From Gemmatimonadaceae bacterium (GTDB lineage Bacteria; Gemmatimonadota; Gemmatimonadetes; Gemmatimonadales; Gemmatimonadaceae), in contig JANRJP010000072.1 in the NCBI GenBank assembly GCA_033763905.1, forward strand, positions 1 to 64,000: a DNA stretch of 64,000 nt. Direction: 5' to 3'. The position numbers were made by a program, and so were the translations under genes. The notes beneath the pieces were generated by a model. The model did no database searches and was not told the DNA's origin. It worked only from the letters and a program-made list of their open reading frames with translations. Position 1 is the stretch's first letter. Each line of letters starts with the position of its first letter. This document shows, one piece after another, positions 57,939 to 64,000 of this stretch.

Positions 57939-59166
57939 TCTGCGCCATCAGGTGCTCGACGAGGCGTGCGGCAATCAGTGCGTTGCCGGCCTCGCCCACG
58001 TGACACCAGTCGATGAAGAGCGGATCGCGCACCTCCGCCAAGGCGCCCGACAGGTCGGCGACATCGCGGTGCAGCGTCGAGTCCGCGATCGCGCGCCGGA
58101 CCGCGCGGGTGACGATACCGTAGAACGGGCCAAAACCCGTCATCGCCTCGCGCTGGCCCTGCTCGTACGGCGTCAGCGTCGGCTTGTCGAAGATCGACGG
58201 CTGCCACGCGAAGAGCGTACGAAATCCGTACTGCACCGCCAGCGCTCTGACGACCCGCTGGTTCGCGAGATACGTGTCCACGACGCCACTGGCCAACACG
58301 GAGTCGGCGTCGGCCGACACGGTCGTCGCGGTGGAGGGCGCCGGGTCCCGCGCCACCGCCGCCCGCAGCCGCCGCACGACGTCGCTCGCCGTGGCGACAT
58401 CGCGGAGGAGCAAGCGGCGGCGACGTGGCGCAGCGCCCGGTTGTGTCAGGTTGAACTCCGCCACGCGGTTGAACTCGTTCTGCGGCAGTCCGGCGCTGCG
58501 CTGCTGCCAGGCCGAGAAGCTGTCGTTGACGCCGTCGTAGAACACAACGATCTGTGGCGCGCGCCGAGTCTGGAGTGCACGCACGAGCATCACGACTTCT
58601 TGAGTAGTGACGTACCCGGACTCGCCGAAGTTGGTGACCACGGCGCGAACACCGCGGGCACGAAGGCCCTGTTGTACCTGGGCCGGAATCGTCGCGGCAT
58701 CACGAGCGCCAGTGCCCCACGTGGTTGAGCCCCCAAACATCCACACGGTCACAGCGTCCGCCGGATCCTCCGCGCTCCCGCCCGGCGTGACCCGCAACCC
58801 GTCGCCGTCGACGTTGATCAACTCCCCCCGGAAGGGTAGGCGTCGCCAATAGGTATACGGGCTCCACTGGGCGGTATCCGACCGCCGGAACTCGTCGAAG
58901 TACGCCGCAGCCGCCGCGCGGTCACGGTAGGTGTCGGCCGCCGCACGAGGATCGAGCCGTGGAGGGCTCGGCGCCGGCGCCAGCACGCCAACCGCCGCGA
59001 GCAGCCGCACGGCCCCCTCGAGCGCCACGAAGCCGAGACAGGCCGCGCCGAGCACGAGCCACGCGTCGCGAACGAGGCGCAGCAACCGCGTCCAGCCCGC
59101 AGGTCGTCTACCGCCAGTGACGGGACCCGCAGCATCGGACGCTGGATTGGGTGGCGGCGTGTGCAT
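57904..59166 (-). CDS. SGNH/GDSL hydrolase with N-terminal membrane anchor
   Basis: FGGSTTWG, NFG, YDGVND, DWCH. Confidence 0.85.
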   Translation of the reverse strand: MHTPPPNPASDAAGPVTGGRRPAGWTRLLRLVRDAWLVLGAACLGFVALEGAVRLLAAVGVLAPAPSPPRLDPRAAADTYRDRAAAAAYFDEFRRSDTAQWSPYTYWRRLPFRGELINVDGDGLRVTPGGSAEDPADAVTVWMFGGSTTWGTGARDAATIPAQVQQGLRARGVRAVVTNFGESGYVTTQEVVMLVRALQTRRAPQIVVFYDGVNDSFSAWQQRSAGLPQNEFNRVAEFNLTQPGAAPRRRRLLLRDVATASDVVRRLRAAVARDPAPSTATTVSADADSVLASGVVDTYLANQRVVRALAVQYGFRTLFAWQPSIFDKPTLTPYEQGQREAMTGFGPFYGIVTRAVRRAIADSTLHRDVADLSGALAEVRDPLFIDWCHVGEAGNALIAARLVEHLMAQTTPGARAYTAR

Positions 59167-59214
59167 CAGGGCCAAGGCTACCGACCCGCTGCCGTTGACG
59201 CCAGCGAGCGCTGG

Positions 59215-59994
59215 CTAGCCCAACAGCCCCCGTAACGCCTGAGTGCCGGTACGACTCGCCACGATCCGCGAGCCGTCCTTGAGCTCCACCGCGTACCGTC
59301 CGGCGTCCCAGGGCGCGATGGCGGCGACGAATTCGAGGTTCACGGCGTGTGAGCGGTGCACGCGGACGAACACCGCGGGATCGAGCCGTGGAAGGAGCGC
59401 ACTCAGGGTGACGCCAAGCAGATGGCGTCGCCCCCGCACGACCAAAGCGACGAAGTCGTCTTCGGCATCGATGCGCTCGATCTCTCGCACCACGATCGGC
59501 ACCAATCGCGAGCGCTCACGGACGAAGACGCGCTCGAGCGGGCGCGTCGTCGGCGCCATCAGATCACGCAGGCGCGCCTCGGGAGGCGTCGCATCGTCGG
59601 CCGCGTCAGCAGCCTCACGCCGTTCACTGCTCGCCCGCGCCGCCGCGATGCGGGTGACGGCCTTGGTGAAGCGGTCAGCGCCAAAGGGCTTGAGCAGGTA
59701 ATCCACCGCGCCGAGCTCGAACGCCATCACCGCGTGCGCATCGTACGCCGTGGTGAACACCACTGCAGGCCGCACCGTGGCCAGCTCCAGCACGCGCAAC
59801 CCGCTGAGCCCCGGCATTCGAATATCGAGGAACGCGGCATCCGGACGTTCCCGCTGCAGCAGCGCCAAGGCGTCGTCCCCCGTGGCGGCTTCGCCCACCA
59901 GCGACAACGCCGGGTGCTGCGCAATCAGCTCGCGCAGGTGCAGCCGCGCAATCGGTTCGTCTTCGGCCAGAACGACGCGAAGTGGGGACGTCAC
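59215..59994 (-). CDS. LytTR-family response regulator
   Basis: AEDE, FLDIRMP, FTTAYD, DYLLKP, FVRVHRSHAVN. Confidence 0.95.
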   Translation of the reverse strand: MTSPLRVVLAEDEPIARLHLRELIAQHPALSLVGEAATGDDALALLQRERPDAAFLDIRMPGLSGLRVLELATVRPAVVFTTAYDAHAVMAFELGAVDYLLKPFGADRFTKAVTRIAAARASSERREAADAADDATPPEARLRDLMAPTTRPLERVFVRERSRLVPIVVREIERIDAEDDFVALVVRGRRHLLGVTLSALLPRLDPAVFVRVHRSHAVNLEFVAAIAPWDAGRYAVELKDGSRIVASRTGTQALRGLLG

Positions 59995-61058
59995 GGCTCC
60001 GGAATCCTCACCAGCACCCGGAATCCCTGCCCCACCGCGGTCGTCACATCAACCGAGGCGCGGTTGCCGTAGCGCGCGGCCAGCCGACGGCGCAGCGAAT
60101 CGATGCCGAGCCCGTAGCCGCGCGGCGAGGCGTCCGGCGGCGCGCCCGCGCCGTCGTCTTCCACCGTCAGCAGCACGTCGCCCGCGTCTCGACGCGCGCG
60201 CACCGTTAGTGTGCCCCCCTGCGGCACCGGCGAGAGCCCATGGCGGATCGCGTTCTCGACCAGCGGTTGCAGGGACAACGACGGAATCACCACGTCGTCC
60301 AGATCGGCCGCGACATCGCGCACGACGCGCAGCCGATCGCCAAGGCGCATCGCCTCCAGAGACAGATAGGCGTCGACGAAGCCCAATTCGTCTTCGAGCG
60401 GCACGTCGTCGCGACCACCACCCGTGTGATCGAGGACATATCGCAACAGCTCGGCCAACAACTCCAGCCCACGTTCCGCGGCGGCGGGATCGCGCCGCAC
60501 GAGCGCGCCCACGGTGTGCAACGTGTTGAACAGGAAGTGCGGATCGAGCCGTCCACGGAGCGCCGCGAGCTCGGCGCGCGCCCGAAGCGCATCAGCCTCC
60601 TGCAAGGCGCGCTCCCGATCGCGCGCTGCAGCGGCGCCAAGGACACCGACCACCACGGCGGCAACCGCGCCGTAGAGCACGACCCCGAAGAACACCTGCC
60701 AGCCGAACCACGGCCGCACCGCCTGCCACGCGTCCGCCCACGTGGCGTTGCCCCGGATGTCCCAGAGCACGAACCCGTTCCACAACGCCGTGTACGCCAG
60801 CGCCCCCGCGATATGGGCCGTCGCGAGCCGCCACGGACGCCCCCCCGACAAGCCCAACCGCTGCGTCCACCACACGGCCAAGAGACCCAAGCCTGCGGCG
60901 ACGCTCGTCGTCTTGGCAGCGCCGACTACCGCCTGCGTGACCGGCATCTCGTTGACGGCACCGATCAGCACGGCGTATACCAACAGTAAGGGTGTCCACG
61001 CCGAGACGTAGCCGAGGGCCCATCGGAGACGAGCCACGCCGGACAGCGACGACATCAC
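59991..61058 (-). CDS. LytS-type (His_kinase family) membrane sensor kinase
   Basis: Four TMs; LDPHFLFNTLH, LQPLVENAIRHG, EDDGAG, GLGI. Confidence 0.93.
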   Translation of the reverse strand: MMSSLSGVARLRWALGYVSAWTPLLLVYAVLIGAVNEMPVTQAVVGAAKTTSVAAGLGLLAVWWTQRLGLSGGRPWRLATAHIAGALAYTALWNGFVLWDIRGNATWADAWQAVRPWFGWQVFFGVVLYGAVAAVVVGVLGAAAARDRERALQEADALRARAELAALRGRLDPHFLFNTLHTVGALVRRDPAAAERGLELLAELLRYVLDHTGGGRDDVPLEDELGFVDAYLSLEAMRLGDRLRVVRDVAADLDDVVIPSLSLQPLVENAIRHGLSPVPQGGTLTVRARRDAGDVLLTVEDDGAGAPPDASPRGYGLGIDSLRRRLAARYGNRASVDVTTAVGQGFRVLVRIPEP

Positions 61059-61867
61059 GACTTCGCGCGCCCGCCCGACTTCTCGAGCGCCGGCTTCAGG
61101 GCGTAGACCACCCAGGCGTAGTCGGGCTCCAGCGCGATCGCGCGGTCATACGCCGCACGCGCCGCCTGCAACCGGCCGCGCTTGACCTCCAGCTGCCCCA
61201 GCCACGCCCACGCTTCGGCGTGCCCCCACGCGGGCATCGGCGGTGCCACGCGCTCGGTCTCGAACGCCTTGATGGCCTTCGTGAGGCGCTCGTACGCGCG
61301 GTCCTCGCCACCGCCGAACGCCGACGGCTTGAACATTGCACTGACCCCTGTGAGCAGCAGCAGGCGCGGATTCCCCGGTGCGAGTTCCCGTGCGCGATCC
61401 TCGGCCGCCGTGGCCTGCGGCCCGAGACGCATCCCCCGCAACATACTATCGCCGATCATCGACCCTTTCGCACTGGCAATGAGGGCGTACGTCTCCGCCA
61501 TCGGCCGCACCGCCGCCGAGGCTTCCAGGGCGGTCACCGCCGACTCGAATCGGTCGCGTGCGGCATCCCCTTCCATCCGCTGTGCGAGGCGGTACTTCGC
61601 GTAGCCGACGTAGTGCAGCAGCAGCGGATCATTCGGAAAGGCCGTCAGCGCTTTCCGGGCCACCCCTTCACCGGCTGCGATACGCATCGTGTCGCCCGTG
61701 ATGGCGCCGCGCTCAATGAGCCGACGCGCGGAATCGGCCCAGCGCGCCGCGCCGCCGAGTGCGGGCGCGGTCGCAGCGCCGGATGGCGCGCTGGCCGCCG
61801 GTGCTTGCGCAGGCACCGCCCGCTGGGGGACCGCGCACCAAATGAGTGCAAGCGCGAGGGGCAACAC
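61055..61867 (-). CDS. Exported TPR-repeat protein
   Basis: Signal peptide; PGNPR, KPSAFGGG, PAWGHAEAWAWLGQ, AIALEPDYAWV; start GTG 61867 or ATG 61903. Confidence 0.8.
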   Translation of the reverse strand: MLPLALALIWCAVPQRAVPAQAPAASAPSGAATAPALGGAARWADSARRLIERGAITGDTMRIAAGEGVARKALTAFPNDPLLLHYVGYAKYRLAQRMEGDAARDRFESAVTALEASAAVRPMAETYALIASAKGSMIGDSMLRGMRLGPQATAAEDRARELAPGNPRLLLLTGVSAMFKPSAFGGGEDRAYERLTKAIKAFETERVAPPMPAWGHAEAWAWLGQLEVKRGRLQAARAAYDRAIALEPDYAWVVYALKPALEKSGGRAKS

Positions 61868-61877
61868 CGATCGCCGA

Positions 61878-64000
61878 TCAGAACAGCAGCGTGGCACCGA
61901 CATAGAGACTCCGATTGAAGGGGGCAAGGACGGGCCGCCGCTCGCGATAGTCGGCGGTCCAGGTGTATCGCATCACGTTGTCGCGGGCAAAGACATTGGC
62001 GAGCGCGCCCCACACGACGAGCGCAGGGCCACCGGAGAGGGGCCGGAACCAGCTCGCGGAAAGATCACTTCGCCAGTAGTTCGGCAATCGCGCGGCGTTC
62101 GGTGCGCCGAAGGTCGGATCGAATCCGCCACCAGCGAGCGGCGTGGCTCCGACGACATCGGTGAACGGACGACCCGACGCCCACCGCAGCGCGCTCGAAA
62201 TGGTGACGGGGCCGTACACGCGGTCGGTGATCCACGCGATCGAATGGCGCACGTCGGCCGGTGCCGCCGCGAGCACGCCGCTGCGCGCGTCCGTGCGCCG
62301 GGCGCGCACCGTCGACCACGAAAGGCGACTCTTCACGTTCGCGGCGAAGCGCCACTTGAGTTGCACGTCAGCGCCCCGGCCGTCGCCGCGACCGCCCGGG
62401 ACCGCCACGTAGTCAGGCGTGAGCTGCTGCAGGTCGAACCAGCGCTTGTGCCACCACTCGATGCGGATCCCGGTGGTGTCGTCGCCGCGTTGGATGCCGA
62501 GTATCGTTTGCTCGACGCGCATCGGGGTGAATCCCGATGACGGACCGCGGTAGTACAGCGGCTCGGCGATCTGCGAGTACATCCCCCACGAGGCCGTCAG
62601 CCCGACGGCCGCAAGATCCCACGCCAGCGACAGCCGCGGGTCCACCGTCCGCGCGTCGGTGAGCGAGTAGGCATCGCGCCGTACGCCGGCCACGAGTTGT
62701 AGCGGATTCACGGGACGCCAGGTGAGTTCGCCAACGCCGCCAGTGCGGTCGCTGGGCACCGACACATCGAACCCCGGACGGCCGAGGGCCGCGTCCCCGT
62801 CGCCGGCATAGCGAGAGCGCAGCCGCTCGCGATCCAGGCCGAGCAGCAGCGACAGCCGCGGCGAGACCACCGCAGTCAGGCGCGCCGTCGCGTGCTGCGC
62901 CACCAAGCGCGTAGCGAGGCCGGCCGCGCCAACCCCTTCGCGGCGGTCGAAGGCCGACTCGCCGATGGTGATCGCGGGCCGCAGCCACGTCGAGGAGTCA
63001 CGCCACGAGAGCACCGAGAGCCCCTCGCGGGTGTCGCCGCGGTACGACGCGGTCCCGGTGATATCGGCCGCGCCGACACCGAACTCGCCGCGTTGCCGCA
63101 ACGCAAAGAGTCGGAGCCGCCCCGACGATGAGGTCGCGATCTCGGCGATGATCGACGCGTCGCCGCCACGCGGCGGCGGCGCGAAGGGCTGGGCGTCACC
63201 GAAGGTGCGCATCAGTGGCGCGAGATTGCTGAGCCCCGCGCTGGCGCGAACGCCGACCCCCGCCCGCGGTGCCCAGGCGCCAGCCGCCGAGAGCGACCCA
63301 ATCGATGCCGAGAGCGTCGCCGTGTTCTGCGTCGGGCGCCCTGCGGTCTCGAGCCGCACCAGGCCCGACAGTGTGTTACCGTACGCCGCGCCGAACCCGC
63401 CCGATGAGAAGGTCGCGCGCGAGAGCAGGAACGGTTGTAGCGCCGACGTCACGTGTCCGGTGGGATTGTCGAGCCGAGTGGGCGACAACATCACCGCGTC
63501 GTCGACCAGCACCCGGGTCTCGGTGACATCACCACCGCGCACGAACAGGCCGGTGCCTTCGTCCACGGCCTGCGCCCCTGGCAATGTCTGCAAGGCGCGC
63601 ATCACGTTGGCGGCGGCCCCCGGCGTGACGACGACATCGAGCGGCGTCATCGCGCCGGTACTCCCCGACGCGACGCGATACTCGCCCGCCGCTTCCACAC
63701 GCATCGCGGTGATGATGACTGGCGCGGGGACGAGCGTCAGACGCACGGTGGTGTCGATCGGGAGGTGCAGATCGGCCGTGGCCGGCACGAACCCCAGCTT
63801 TCGCACGACCAGGGTGACCAGTCCGCGCGCCGTCGTCACCAACACGAAGCGGCCGTCGGCAGCGGTCAGTGTGGTATCGCTGGCTTCCAGCAACGACACC
63901 ACCGCGCGGTCGACCGGCGCCCCGTCGGGCCGCGCGACGCGGCCGATGACGCGCGTCGTGGAATCGACGAGGGCCGGGATCGACGCCGCGAGCAACGAGA
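61878..64000 (-). CDS. TonB-dependent receptor (5' end outside the window)
   Basis: Carboxypeptidase-regulatory-like N-domain; LDVVVTPGAAANV..LPG..GLFVRGG plug; RLPNYWRSDLS; C-terminal Phe. Confidence 0.9.
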   Translation of the reverse strand, partial: SLLAASIPALVDSTTRVIGRVARPDGAPVDRAVVSLLEASDTTLTAADGRFVLVTTARGLVTLVVRKLGFVPATADLHLPIDTTVRLTLVPAPVIITAMRVEAAGEYRVASGSTGAMTPLDVVVTPGAAANVMRALQTLPGAQAVDEGTGLFVRGGDVTETRVLVDDAVMLSPTRLDNPTGHVTSALQPFLLSRATFSSGGFGAAYGNTLSGLVRLETAGRPTQNTATLSASIGSLSAAGAWAPRAGVGVRASAGLSNLAPLMRTFGDAQPFAPPPRGGDASIIAEIATSSSGRLRLFALRQRGEFGVGAADITGTASYRGDTREGLSVLSWRDSSTWLRPAITIGESAFDRREGVGAAGLATRLVAQHATARLTAVVSPRLSLLLGLDRERLRSRYAGDGDAALGRPGFDVSVPSDRTGGVGELTWRPVNPLQLVAGVRRDAYSLTDARTVDPRLSLAWDLAAVGLTASWGMYSQIAEPLYYRGPSSGFTPMRVEQTILGIQRGDDTTGIRIEWWHKRWFDLQQLTPDYVAVPGGRGDGRGADVQLKWRFAANVKSRLSWSTVRARRTDARSGVLAAAPADVRHSIAWITDRVYGPVTISSALRWASGRPFTDVVGATPLAGGGFDPTFGAPNAARLPNYWRSDLSASWFRPLSGGPALVVWGALANVFARDNVMRYTWTADYRERRPVLAPFNRSLYVGATLLF

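Overview
GC-rich bacterial DNA. Gene content (many Sec/lipoprotein-exported peptidases, SusC/SusD, DUF5916, TolB/TPR-tailed Ser/Thr kinase) is most consistent with a Gemmatimonadota-type organism; this is an inference. About 55 densely packed CDS; I found no rRNA, tRNA, CRISPR array, transposase or integrase. Main blocks: (i) 1-8.6 kb, an exported redox cluster with two NHL/PAL-like propellers, a HupE/UreJ-cytochrome c fusion, a PQQ dehydrogenase, a Tat-exported sarcosine-oxidase-family flavoprotein, a second cytochrome c and a signal-peptide-bearing RidA; (ii) 8.6-20 kb, small accessory genes including several decayed remnants; (iii) 20-24.4 kb, a candidate self-contained sigma-54 module (-24/-12 promoter, tandem enhancer-like palindromes, 4xPepSY lipoprotein, pseudo-receiver enhancer-binding protein, Asp-rich lipoprotein, TPR protein); (iv) peptidases, an SdpA/SdpB-like (HTTM) pair, a hybrid kinase and an orphan Pycsar-type membrane effector; (v) a SusCD-peptidase locus; (vi) a TonB receptor-TPR-LytS-LytTR operon running off the right edge. 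Several genes have a TANNNT box 5-8 nt before the start codon, suggesting leaderless mRNAs. Family calls come from motif recognition by eye, not database searches, and start codons were adjusted by hand.
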